Shown piece after piece: positions 1-11,707 of a stretch of 64,000 bases of DNA. Source of the DNA: Entomortierella parvispora E1425 (lineage: Eukaryota > Fungi > Mortierellomycota); assembly GCA_020891255.1 (NCBI GenBank), contig BQFW01000004.1:1364001-1428000 (forward strand), read 5' to 3'. Positions within the stretch are counted from its first letter, which is position 1. The number at the start of each line of letters is the position of its first letter. Below the pieces are notes generated by a model. That model had not been told where the DNA came from. It did no database searches and saw only the letters and a program-made list of their open reading frames with translations. The position numbers and the translations under genes are program-made.

Positions 1-9
1 ATCACACGG

Positions 10-41
<32 letters not shown>

Positions 42-42
42 C

Positions 43-124
<82 letters not shown>

Positions 125-920
125 GCTGTTGTTGCTGCGACACTTGGCTTTCGGGCTGCTTCGATGACCGATCGCGCCTACTCTTTTCACGTTTCTCGCG
201 TCGAGGCTTTATCTCCTTGGAGTCATTCTCTGGAAGGACTTTAGACTGTGTGATGGTGTCCATTGATTGCTGGAAGGGTGCCTGCTGTACGTGGGGTGCT
301 ACTGGACCCTTCACGGACCCCGAGCGTTCTCGTCGAGAGGACGTTGATCCAGTCCCTGATCCAGCTCCGGGTCCCGAGCCACCTCTAGTAGATGCTACTT
401 CGTCCTTATTCACTGACACACCTTCGAATCCGGGAGGCGGTGCCAAATAAGGTTGTTGTCCTCCTGCGGAAGGCACTGGTGTCAGAGGTATCATTCTTCC
501 TATTTCCCTCTGCTGCTGCTGTTGTTGTTGTTGCTGCTGCTGTGAGTAAGGTTGATAATTGTACGCGCCATAAGACTGGTCGTACATGGCGTGTATCTGC
601 TGATGTTGCGGTTGAGGAGAACCTCCGTCCCCTGCTCCTCCCGCGCTTTGTAGGGCGGACGCTGGTTGGATGAGTCCTGGACGACTATGACTCTGTGGGC
701 CAGTGTTTGTGCTTCCACTGGCATTCCTGATACTTCCAGTCCCAGTATTTTCGCCTTCAGGATCCTGGGTTCGGGTCAGTAGTTTGAAGGCAACGGTTTG
801 TGCCTGGCCGTGTCCTTGTCCTTGCGAGCCTCGTCCTTGAGAACCTTTGGAGCCATGACCACGACCGGATGCGCCTTGGCCCTGTCCTGAATTGTGGCGT
901 GATGACGAGTTTCGGTGCAT
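1..920 (-). CDS. Hypothetical low-complexity Gln/Gly/Ser-rich protein, partial (runs off window start)
   Basis: Manual translation from ATG at 920 (MHRNSSSRHNSGQGQG...) is open for 306 codons to position 1. It contains an 11-Q and a 42-Q tract. It is absent from the ORF track because there is no stop in the window. Confidence 0.8.
12..137 (-). repeat. CAA/CAG trinucleotide repeat encoding 42 consecutive Gln
   Basis: 126 nt of ttg/ctg triplets on the + strand, in frame with the CDS above. Confidence 0.95.
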
Positions 921-1104
921 TGGGGTTAATGGTGCTGGACTGATTAGTCTAGCAGTTTGGGATGAAGACAAAAGACAATTTCAGAGGCCATTGTTGAATG
1001 TCGACTTGCAGGACTGCACATTGTGAAAATACCGAATAAAATATAAATAACGCGATGTTTATTTTATTCAAGCTTAATGTTAGTATCGCAGGGCGCAGCA
1101 ACAA

Positions 1105-4100
1105 TCACCTGCTGCTACTTGACATTGTGTGGCTCGGGTTGGAGTGGGAGCCAAAATTGTTCATCTGATGCAGCTGCTGGTACACTGGGTGGCCACAGCT
1201 CTCCAAGAACTCGAGTGCCACCTGGGTCTGATCCACGGTCTTCATGTCGGGTGTTCTCTGGACCTTGAAGACACAGTCTTGCGCAAGTTGGATCCTCTTC
1301 TGTTTCCCGTCCCGGCCCTGCCAGTCCAGCAGCGTGTTCTTCAACAACGGTTTGGCGCTCTTGTCTGGACCTTCAGCCTTGGAACATAACTCACTCGCCT
1401 TCTTGAGTGAATCCGGTGCAGACGATAATAAGTCGTTTTCTAGCAAGAACCAGGCTGACAGTACCCTCAAGTTCTCAGCAGCGACCGCCAGAGCGTTCCT
1501 TCTGTTGCCGTTCTTGAGTCCTGGGTCCGCGCCGTAGAGCAGCATCATCTGTACAATCTCTTGGTTATCCATCTTTTCAAGGACTAAATGTAAGCTCGTC
1601 GACTTGCGCGAGTCCCTTGCGTTCACTTCTGCACCTTTTTTCAGCAAGAGCTCCATGACGGGCGCAGGCTCTTTGCAGTACAAGATTGCATAGTGCAGAG
1701 GTGTGCGGGCACATTGGTGATCAGCGACCCTCGTCTGAGCGCCAGCTTTGAAAAGATAACGCATGGCGTCAACCAAGATCTTTGTTGCGCCGATATGGGT
1801 ATTCTGGAGAAGAACCATCAAGGGGGTACGCTTCTTGGCATCTCGAGAATTGCAGTCTGCGCCAGACTTTAGCAAGAATTGAATAGCCTCAATTGGATTT
1901 GCGTACTGCTCGCATACAAAATGAAGAACTGTAGTTCCATTGTGATCGCCTCTGTCTAAGGCCGCCCCATACCGAATGAGAATTCGCATAGTTTCAATCG
2001 CATTCTTGGACCGGGCAGCAACCAAGATAGGGGTCGGATGGGGCCAGAATCCATTCGACTCATGAATAAGCTGGGGGAACAGCTTAAGCATCCGTTCGAT
2101 AGTGGCAATATCCGATTGTGTCACAGCATTGAAGAAATCCGTTGGCTCATCATGTTTGAGGGTCTTGTAAGGATCATCCAAACTGTAGAAATTGTCAGAT
2201 TGCACCCGGCCTTTAGTGTTGGCAGAAGTGGCAGACACTGGCGTGGTAGGCGAACTTGACAAGGACGTTCCTGTGGTGGTTGTCGATGATGATTCCTTTG
2301 AAGGTTGCAGTTTGGGCCGTACACCATGAGAATTTGAAGGCGATCGCAAATCTCCAGCCACATCGAATGCTTCTTCGGCTAAACGCAGAGGATTATCTAT
2401 TGCAAACACAATAGCAAAGGATTTAGTTCAAGCTCGATCACAAGTGCGAAATGAACGTTAGATATATCCCTTTTGTTAGTCTTACTATTTTGCTCGCGTC
2501 GGTTAAAAGACTCAACAACAGGGAACCCTCCATTTGCCATAGCTGGCGAGGCGGGCCTTGGATTCAAAGGAGCTAACTGTGGGCTTGGGTTGATCACGAC
2601 CCTTTTTTCAACAACTGGTAGGCCGGCAGGTCTAAGACTAGGGCTGCCCAAGATGCGGCTATTCCTGACCTCTCGTCTCAGATCAGGACTTTGAGCACGC
2701 TGCGTGTTCAGTTGACTCGGAGGGACAATATTATTGCTTGGATTCGGGACATAAGCATTGTCGGCCTGTCTTGTTGTCCTTGATTGATCTGTCCTCGTAA
2801 GATGCTCCGACTGCGGATGTTGAGTCAGGAAGGAAACCGGGCGATAATCCCTTCTGTTCGATGTGGGAGAATTACTAGCAGAGGATGGGGCGACGGAGGT
2901 TGCAGGTGAAGGTTCTGCAGACGGCGATGATGGCGAATGATCTTCGTGCACCAGCGGTGCTGGCCGCTTATTCCAGTGGGGTGGACTCAGTGGTGTGACA
3001 ACGGGGAAGCCCATTGGGATCTGCCGGGCAGGCGTAGGACGGGTTGTGTCAGCTAACGTGCTCGCGGTCAAGAGAGAGCCAGGCTCAATCCCATCTGGTC
3101 GACCAGTTGCTTTTGGACGATCCGGTGTCGGCTTTACCCTTGGAGACGAAGGGCTGTAGCTTGTAGCTGGTACATATTTAATGGGTGCACCAGGGTTACG
3201 CTGAGAAATGGAGTCTACTCCTGATACCCCTGTCAATGTTTGTGCAGGTGAAGATCCTTGTGGTGGTTTAGGGGCAGAATTTGGAGGCTGCCCAGGCGGC
3301 GGCTGGATAGTCTTTGAGGAGCGTGGGGGCCGGGGCCGGGTACTAGGTGGAGAAATCACTCGGGGTCGACTTGCGGATGGAGGCGAGACTACACGCGGAG
3401 AGTTGGAATGACCCGCCACCGCTCCTGGAGGTGGTGGAGGTGCCCCTGGAGGGGGCGGTGAAATCGTCGGTATGTTGCGGATTGACCCGAGTTTGAGTTT
3501 GCTCACTACTTCAACCATTGATAATCCTGTGGAAAACGCTATCGCTGCTGTTTCGGGAAGTTTGTTGAAAGGCTCTTGAGTTGGATCAGGAACCGCTGCG
3601 TGAGTTTGAGAGGAGTCGCTGGCGGCTTTAGAGGCTTCCTCGATTGACTCTGCGTCGAGCGCAGACTCTGGCGGGGACTCAAGCGCAGAGGCATGCGTTG
3701 GTGAAGGAGTAGGCGTAGGCTCTGGCGTTGGTTCCTGCGCTGGCAGAGGGAGTGAATCCTTCGAAGACGATCCACCAGTGGAAAACGACAACGCAGTGAA
3801 GGAAAGAGGGGGCAACAACTGCAATATTGAGGTTGACGGGGTGGCGTTTTCAGGCGCTTTGTCCTGTTCGCCACTATTGTCCTGTATGCCTCCTCCTGGT
3901 GTCTGCGTTGGAGCTACTCTTGAACCATTCTCATTTCCAACATCTACTCCTTTGATAGCAGGCTTGGCAACGCCGCTGGGTATAATGTCATACATGTTCA
4001 TTTCCAGACCATTGGGCGATCCATTGGCTCCTGCTACTCGATTATTGTTGACATGGTTATTGGTGGCGTTGGCAGTAGCTTGGTTGCCGCTCCTGTTCGT

Positions 4101-5701
4101 CATGTGGCCCTGCTGCTTGGTATGCCCATTCCGTCCTGATTCCGCTTGAGGCGTCCCATTCCCTTTTGGATGGCCATTGACCTGAGCCTCCTTGACAATG
4201 GGCTCTCCCAAGTATGATACCCGAGCCCCCGATCGATCTGTTCGGATTGGCACAGACGGGACGGGTTGAAGAGCTAGGGGGCCTAACCCTGCGAAGGACT
4301 GTCGCGCCCCAGGCCGTTGGGCAGAAGGTGGTGAAGCCGGTCGGACATGGTTCGTGCTCTCTGGAGAAGACTGGATAGCTGCATCATGCTCGTATGGGAA
4401 CGACATGCTAGGGGCGACCATGGAGTCGCTAGACAAGGGTCGGGTGGGTCTAGGCGACCGTGGTCTTGGCGCTGCAGGCCGTGGATTGATTTGCTCCGAG
4501 GCTAAGAGCTCCACCAATTCTGATAGAACAATCTCCATTTGTGGTCTGCTCTGCGGAAGGCCGTCCCAACATCGCCTGTAGAGCATCTCGTACTCCACTG
4601 CTGTCCCAGGTACTGTTTTCTCACGCACTCCAGCAATGATGTTGACGGCCAGCATCACATCCTGCAATTGTGCCTCGAATGGAATTACGCAGCTGGAGAG
4701 CTCCCAAAGAATAACACCCAAACTGTAGATGTCGCACTTGGCAGTATAAGTGATGGTTGGGTTCTGCATCCGCTCCGGAGCAACATAAGGTACAACACCA
4801 AAGAGTCCAGCTTTGGTGGTGTAGATGGTTTTGTTGACTGACTTGCTGAGTCCAAAGTCTGTAATAAGAGCCTTACCAGCAGTGTCAATGAGGATGTTGC
4901 GAGAGTGAAGATCCGTGTGGAAGATATTTTCGCGGTGAATAAAGTCCAGTCCACTGGCAACTTCCCAGGCCAGCCGGTACTTTGTCAACCAAGTGATGGA
5001 GACGTTCTGAGTCTCGAGATAGTCCTGAAGACAGCCGTTTTCCGCAAACTGCATGACGATACAGGTGTCGTGAGTCAAAGGGTGCTTTGTGATGCCATAG
5101 AACTTTACAATATAGTTGGAGTCATGAACCTGTTTGTGCATTTTCAACTATCAAAATCAAGATGGAATACAACCGTGGTCAGAAAGCAGCAAAAGTTGTG
5201 ATCCCTGCACGTCCTGTGCCGCTTTGATATTGCTTGCAGGATGTCCTTGGAGAACCAACAAACATTCAGACATTAGTTGCAAGGGATTGAGAGGGATTGA
5301 GAGGCTAAGTGAATCTGGCGTCTATCACCGATCATGCCAATGGCATGCAGAAACAAAGAAACAATTGGGCCCTGCAGAGACGAGACCCTGTCGGTGTTTC
5401 TTCCAACTATGAATTGCCACCAAAAAAAAACACGGGCAAAGATGTCCAGTCAAGACGCAGTGGACTGTACCTCTTTGATAAGATCGTTGGTGTTATGCTG
5501 CTCCTTGATGGCGACGTGCATATTGCGCCAGGCACCAAGATGGATAGTGCCGGAGCCACCCTTGGCAACGTTGTATTTGACCTTGCTGATCTCTGAAAAG
5601 GGAATCAGCCTGACGTGTTTGTCCCTGACCGAATTCTTGAGCCATTCCTCAGCGCGGTTGCTCTTCTTCATCATGGCGGACTGGGTCCGGTCATTGACCA
5701 T
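1105..5701 (-). CDS. TKL-type protein kinase with long Pro/Ser-rich linker and C-terminal ankyrin repeats (~1394 aa)
   Basis: join(5701..5471, 5147..2486, 2396..1105); both GT-AG introns keep frame (4185 nt). Kinase motifs: AKGGSGTI, VAIK, HTDLHSRN, DFG, PYVAPE, DIYSLG. Ankyrin motifs: GTTVLH, RTPLM, RTPLHYA, GAEVNARD. Confidence 0.9.
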
Positions 5702-7758
5702 GGCTGTCGTCCTTGATGGTGTGAAGGTGTGGGATGTCTGCTCAGTTGACTCAGCCCTTGTGTGTTTGCTGTCTGGCTAGATTCCTTTCTTGACCTGAAC
5801 GGTGGTTGTTCCCAGAGTAGATGGATGATTACAAGAGAGGAGAGTCAATGGGGAAGGATGAAGAATGGGAAGAGGAAGAAGAAGAAGAGGAAGAAGAGGA
5901 TGGGGATGGTGTCCGCCTGGGAGAAAGAGTTGAGTTGGATCGGGTTGAGCTAGGGTGGGCGGTGCATGCGCTTCTTTTCCCCGAGAAGGGCGGAAGGTTG
6001 GGAGAACGGGTCGAAGGGAGGGAGTAAGAAGGATAAAAGAAAGACAACGGAGAGCGAATGAGGAGCGAGTTGGTGAGGGGATGCGAGATGAGGATGAAGA
6101 AAGGAAGAGGACACGAGATGATGGGCGCAAGGTTGAGTAAAAGAGAAAGAGAAAGAGAGAGGAAGAGAGAGGAAGAGAGAGGAAGAAAAGACACGGATGC
6201 ATGCATGCTCGCCCTGCAAGTGGTTCCTGCTGTTCCTGCTGCAAATGCATGCGCACGAGCGCTGCCCTGTTCCTGTTCCTGCTGCTGCCCTTTGCCCTTG
6301 CCCTTTGCCCTTTGCCCTTCCGTTCTTCTGCCCATCAACGGCCGCTCTTTGTTCTTTGTTGCCCTGCTTGTGTCCACATTGGTTCATCCTCTATTCTCCC
6401 GTGTCTTTCTCCCCTCGCAAGTTCTCTCTTCTCTCCACTCTTGCCCTGTCTTTTGCTCGAGAGCAGAGAGAGTGAGCGTCTTCTTTAATGACAGGCATGT
6501 ACTCGGCAGAGCGTACTCTTTCATCGCCATGCCCCCCCACTTGGACCTGTACGACCGAGAGAACCCCGCTCGTCCCTCTCTTTCCCGGCCTAAAACTAAT
6601 GAAAACGCCAGAGGACCTGCATGCTCGTGTGAAAGTGCGTGCCAAAAGAAAAGAAGGACCTACGTCCCGCCTGGTCGATAGGAATGTTGTGCTTCGACTC
6701 CGTGCGTTGCTCTGAAGGAGCCAGCGACCAACTTGGCAGGCAGAGAACAGAGGATTCAGAATCGAGTCGAGCTGAGGGCTGTGTCGAAAGCAAGGAGAGT
6801 CGATCGGCCATCTGGAGTCAGTTAACTTATTCCCTGGACCAAGTCATCCCCTCTTCTTCATCCCTGCTCTCCCCGTCCAAAGAACAAGACGCCGCGGACA
6901 AAGAGCATTTGGAATCCTCAATTGCTCGCACAAGCAACTTGTCCCCTTGTGGTCAGCAGGCAAAGTACTGCGTGGCCTGGACCAGTAGCCATGTGCAGAG
7001 GAGAGAACCTGCATAGAGAGGGAAAGTTTTGCAAGTCTTCTCTTTGACTTCTCCGTCTGTTGTCTTCCTTCCATTGACGAATGATCCCATTTGCTGCACT
7101 AGTCTCATTCGGTCGCACTACATCATTCTGCATCTCCCACTCAACCCAACAGACAAGTACCGGTATAGGACCAATTGTGCAAGCTGGGACCGCCCCACAA
7201 TATCCCCGAACGTGCGCGTGAGACCAAGCCCATTGGTACATCCTCCCCGGTCTTTTCCCCTTTAGCACCAAACCCTGTCTGATTCCCCGATTCACCTGTC
7301 CCAAAATGTTATTAACAAATAAACCATGGCCTTCTGCCGGAGAAGGAGGCCCAAAGATCGCATGCAAGAGCATCTTTAAGAGTGGCAGAAAAAAACTACC
7401 GTATGAGACTAAACTAGCCATGTTGCCCAAAAGGTGACTGACTCGGAATATCTCTGATTGTCCAGCAAGACAAAGAGCGAACAATAACTTAGCAATGGTT
7501 CTGCGATCTCATATTCAAAAGGTATGGCGCACAGTCCGAATGAACGTCGCGTTGCTTGCAGGTGTACTGCAGGCGCGTTTGTTTACAAATCGGATTGTTA
7601 GGTAGAATATTTCAAGCCACAATTCCAGTCACCTCTGTCTTAACAAGTGACAAATGTGGCTTAGTAATCGCTCAACTCGGACGAAATTTGTCACTCTGTG
7701 GGCGAATGTGCCTTTCGCTGACATGATCGAGAGAACAAAAAGACCGAAGGAAAAAATG

Positions 7759-7765
7759 TATAAAA
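7759..7765 (+). promoter_or_regulatory. Putative TATA box of pirin gene
   Basis: TATAAAA about 200 nt upstream of the pirin ATG. Confidence 0.45.
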
Positions 7766-7959
7766 AGGCACAGCCTTGTGCGTCTTTAACTTCACTTTAC
7801 TTCAAAAAAAAAAAAAAAAACCAGCAAAAACAGCAGCAATAGCAACATCTTCATATTCTCAACCCTACACAAGACTCTTAGACCAGCTACAGCTACCACT
7901 CTATCCTCATACTTCCCCGAACAAGAGCAACCCCGCATCCCCACAGCATCACTCTCAAT

Positions 7960-8832
7960 ATGACTGCCGCCTCAAGATCCATTACGCGAGCCGTTCTCTC
8001 TCGTGAACAAGCAGAAGGTGTCGGTGCACGGGTCCGCCGATCCATTGGCAGACCCGAACTTCGAAACCACGATCCCTTCCTGATGCTGGACGAGTTCAAT
8101 GTCGACAAAAACGGCGGCTTTCCCGATCACCCCCATCGCGGCTTTGAGACTGTGACCTATATGCTCGAAGGTCAATTCCAGCACGAAGACTTTGCAGGCC
8201 ACAAGGGCACCATCGGACCTGGAGACTTGCAGTGGATGACAGCTGGCCGTGGTATTGTTCACTCCGAGATGCCTGTCAAGTCCCAAACGAGAGCCCACGG
8301 ACTCCAGCTTTGGATCAACTTGCCAAAGGAGCACAAGATGTGTGAACCACAGTACCAAGAGCTCCTCGACAAAGAAGTCAAGAGGGCACGACCCGAAGAA
8401 GGCGTTGAGATCAAGGTCATTGCTGGACAGTCGCACGGTGTCTCGAGTCAGGTCTACACCCGCACACCAACCATGTACCTGGACATCAAGATGGACAAGA
8501 ACAAAACCGTGGTCCAGACCATCCCTGCATCTTTCACAGGATTCATTTACACACTCAAGGGCACAATCTTTGTCGGTGACAACGCCTTCAAAGGCGAGGC
8601 ACATCATACTCTCACATTCTCAGAGGACGGTGCAGAGACTGTCAAGATCACGACCAAGGAGGAGAGTGCACACTTTGTGCTGATTGCAGGCGAGCCTCTT
8701 CGTGAACCCATTGTTCAACACGGTCCATTCGTCATGAACTCCAAGGAAGAGATCTACGACACATTCATGGACTACCAAACGAACACTAATGGTTTCGAAC
8801 GTGCCAAGAACTGGAGCTCCACTATCGCTTAA
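7960..8832 (+). CDS. Pirin (bicupin, Fe-binding, quercetinase-like), single exon, 290 aa
   Basis: Motifs DPFLMLDEF, FPDHPHRGFETVTY, QWMTAGRGIVHSEMP, GLQLWINLP, PIVQHGPFVMN. Confidence 0.97.
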   Translation: MTAASRSITRAVLSREQAEGVGARVRRSIGRPELRNHDPFLMLDEFNVDKNGGFPDHPHRGFETVTYMLEGQFQHEDFAGHKGTIGPGDLQWMTAGRGIVHSEMPVKSQTRAHGLQLWINLPKEHKMCEPQYQELLDKEVKRARPEEGVEIKVIAGQSHGVSSQVYTRTPTMYLDIKMDKNKTVVQTIPASFTGFIYTLKGTIFVGDNAFKGEAHHTLTFSEDGAETVKITTKEESAHFVLIAGEPLREPIVQHGPFVMNSKEEIYDTFMDYQTNTNGFERAKNWSSTIA

Positions 8833-8917
8833 ATGAAGTTTCTCATCATCATCTCCAATTGAATAAACTGTACTTTCGAATATCATAATTTACTTGACAA
8901 AAAAAAAAGAATTTTTC

Positions 8918-10804
8918 CTAGGAACGCAGTATTCCTCTTGCCTCCATGTACTCGACCAATTCCTCATGACGTGCCCTGCTTGAGTGCAAAGGCCCTTCAA
9001 CTATCCAGATCTGTGGCCAATTGTCCTTCATCCATTGGATCTCGGCTTCTCCGAGATCTTGCTGTCCTTGAAACCGGAGAATACGCAGCCTTTGCCAGTT
9101 CTTGAGGGACGCCACACCTCCTGATGAAAGTGGAGAGAGCAATGCCCCTTCGATCTGCGATGCAGCTCTCTTTGGGACTTCAGCCTGAATGGGATGCGAT
9201 TGAGGGACATCCGAAGTGCCCCCACCCCCTGCCGAGCCGTTGAAGCAAAGTAAAAGAGGACTTGGGCGTCGATAAGGCAATACGTCAGGCCGAAGAAGAG
9301 AAGTTCGACGTCTTCGTGGTGCACGCTCCCAGTCTCTAATGGAGTGGAGCTCGACTTCTTGTAACTGACGTAGGTTAGCGAGCTGTTGGAGAAGAATCTT
9401 TTGAATCTGAGTGCGACTCTCTGGACAAAGTTCCTTGATAGGAATTGACTGTGTCAACGTTGATCCAGCTACCGAAGAGGGGTGAGCACCATTCTCCTCG
9501 TTTGGCGATGAATGGACTTGTGGATCCTCGTTTGTAGGAATCTCCTCACAAATGTCGATCGAGAGACGCTCAAGTTGCCTGCATGCCCACGGATGGTCTC
9601 TTAAAGCAACAATGCGATCATTCAAGTTGATCAAGTTCAGACAGAGGCGCCCTCCACGAAACTTTTTCAAGGCCTTGAATGTTTCCAAGACGGTCAAGGT
9701 TTGAAAGTGATCCAGAGCATCAGGTGAAGTGAGCACCAAATGCTCCATTCTTTCTGCAAAGTGCAGTTGATTCAAAGCTTGAAACGCATCTGACGCAAAC
9801 TGGACTGGCGACAGTCGCAAGAACCGCAGCACTCGGGTCGCGTTCAAAATCGCCGCCACTTGGTTTGAATTGAGCCATTCACAAAAGATGGAAACATTAT
9901 CCAGATAGGGCCAACTGGACTCTGCAAGGGCTTCCGCAAAGGCTTCGGCTGCGAACTTTACCCTGTCCTTACGATGAGTGTCATCCCAGACAAGTGTCTC
10001 GAGGTTGGGGCAGCGTTGCCAAAGCTGAACCTGTCTTCGTGGAGAGAGTCTCTGAACTCCATAAAATGTCAGTTCTTTGACCTTGTCCATCTTCGGGTAT
10101 TGACGCTCCAGAAGGTCTTCGGTTTCCACGTCGCTAATATCATCCAAAGTAGCCTGGATCGGGGCAAGAGATGGAAGGCGCACTTTACCAAGATGCAGAC
10201 GCTTCAGCTGGCGGGAGCACAGTGTCCAGAATGCAGGCGCATCTTCTTCGTGAATGGTAACATAGCGCAGCACAAGTCGTTCAATCCCTGGACAGTGATC
10301 AGCAGCGGATCTCCAGAAAGGCGTAGGTCCTGTTAGGTCAGCGGTAGGAGAATCCAAGTCTCTTTCAACCCGTGGCTCAAGTTGCCGTGTTAAGATGGAG
10401 AGGTCTTTCAGAGTTGCACCACTGTGGATTACCAGGTCGGAAAGTGTGGACCAGGGCCCAGAGATGTTTTGCGAATTTGACGGATCTGCTATTTGAAACT
10501 GTTCCCACAGGTTGTCGTAGACTAGAGTGCGGAGATGGTGCGCGCCTTCGAAGAGAGAAAACTCGTTTGAGGGCATGGCGCTGAGCTCGAGGTGTCGAAC
10601 CAATTGGAGATGCTTCTGGATCTGCTCTGCTGAAGGTCGCCGATTGGAGGAGGCGCTGCAATCCAGCTTCAGATCAGACCAGAGCTGGGGATGCAACGAA
10701 GCGAGCCAGCGGCGGTTGACGCGACAAGCGATGGCAAGTGAGTTTCTGTTGAGGTATTTGGCAATATTGGCAATGATCTCAGGCAGGTCGGTAGCTTTCT
10801 CCAT
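8918..10804 (-). CDS. F-box / LRR-like (RNI-like) protein, 628 aa
   Basis: N-terminal LPEIIANIAKYL...ACRVNRRW F-box-like motif, followed by LxxLxL repeats and PWACRQLERL; single ORF. Confidence 0.85.
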   Translation of the reverse strand: MEKATDLPEIIANIAKYLNRNSLAIACRVNRRWLASLHPQLWSDLKLDCSASSNRRPSAEQIQKHLQLVRHLELSAMPSNEFSLFEGAHHLRTLVYDNLWEQFQIADPSNSQNISGPWSTLSDLVIHSGATLKDLSILTRQLEPRVERDLDSPTADLTGPTPFWRSAADHCPGIERLVLRYVTIHEEDAPAFWTLCSRQLKRLHLGKVRLPSLAPIQATLDDISDVETEDLLERQYPKMDKVKELTFYGVQRLSPRRQVQLWQRCPNLETLVWDDTHRKDRVKFAAEAFAEALAESSWPYLDNVSIFCEWLNSNQVAAILNATRVLRFLRLSPVQFASDAFQALNQLHFAERMEHLVLTSPDALDHFQTLTVLETFKALKKFRGGRLCLNLINLNDRIVALRDHPWACRQLERLSIDICEEIPTNEDPQVHSSPNEENGAHPSSVAGSTLTQSIPIKELCPESRTQIQKILLQQLANLRQLQEVELHSIRDWERAPRRRRTSLLRPDVLPYRRPSPLLLCFNGSAGGGGTSDVPQSHPIQAEVPKRAASQIEGALLSPLSSGGVASLKNWQRLRILRFQGQQDLGEAEIQWMKDNWPQIWIVEGPLHSSRARHEELVEYMEARGILRS

Positions 10805-11707
10805 AGTGGTGTTCCTGAGGGTTGGTTTAAAGTAGGAGCAGGAGAAGTGCCAGGTGAAATAAAGGAATGCGGCAAAAGGTGAATGTCTTTTTTACATGCC
10901 AACGGTTGGCGCATGGTGCATGGTGCATTTACATCTCACCATCGCTCCGTTTCTAGGCACCCCCCCTAAAATGAAAAGCAACGTGGCGAACCCTTGTCAA
11001 ACCATGTCCCGAGCGTCGGATACCCTCCATTCCTCCACTCTTGGCTCCCCCGTTTCCTCCACAGCCACCTGCAACGCCAAGCCATGCCAAGTGGCATTCA
11101 GGTGATCGCTTTTCTTGCCCCATTGTGGCGGTGTTGACTTGATGTCTGTGCAGAGAATACAGATCGCGGAGGACAGATCGTGGAGGACAAGCGAGGAACA
11201 GCCATGGGTGGTGACCAGACAACAAGATTGTGAACAAGGGCAGTGGAGAGGTGTCGCATCCTGTTTCTCCGGCAATGTCTAGCCAGGCTCCCATGGTTGC
11301 ACAACGGATGCCACGCTTCCTTCATGTCCGTCATGCTGTCAGGGTTTCATTAATGTCAGTTGTTGAGCTGTCTTTCCCTGTTGCTGAGCCTAAACGTTGG
11401 CCGACCATGTTCGTGGTTGATGTGCATGGCTCTCACGTTGCGCCGACTCGACCGTTGAAGGAGCGGAGAGTGAGAGGACGGACTCTCTCTTCTTTCCCGA
11501 CAAAGAAGTGCCCGCTTGAACCATTGCCTCCTGCAAGCAACGCTCTCGTCCTTTGCAGCTCTTGTCTTTTGTTTCCCATCTGATTCGGCCGCTCATTCAT
11601 CCATTCATCCATCCATCCATCCATCCTCTCCACATCCTCTTTACCATCCTCTCCCATCTCTCCACTCTTTACTCTCCTCCTTTGAACAACGTCTCTCTGG
11701 CTACGAA

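Noticed and set aside
2-190. Poly-Asn ORF from the track
   Set aside because: Alternative frame of the CAA repeat. The long open frame from ATG 920 reads it as poly-Gln.
5777-7500. Several overlapping 60-200 aa ORFs between the kinase and pirin genes
   Set aside because: Low-complexity GA/CT-rich divergent promoter and UTR sequence, with no domain motifs or consistent splice path.
7972-8607. 211-aa minus-strand ORF and the similar ORFs at 54658-55325
   Set aside because: Antisense shadows of pirin and its pseudogene.
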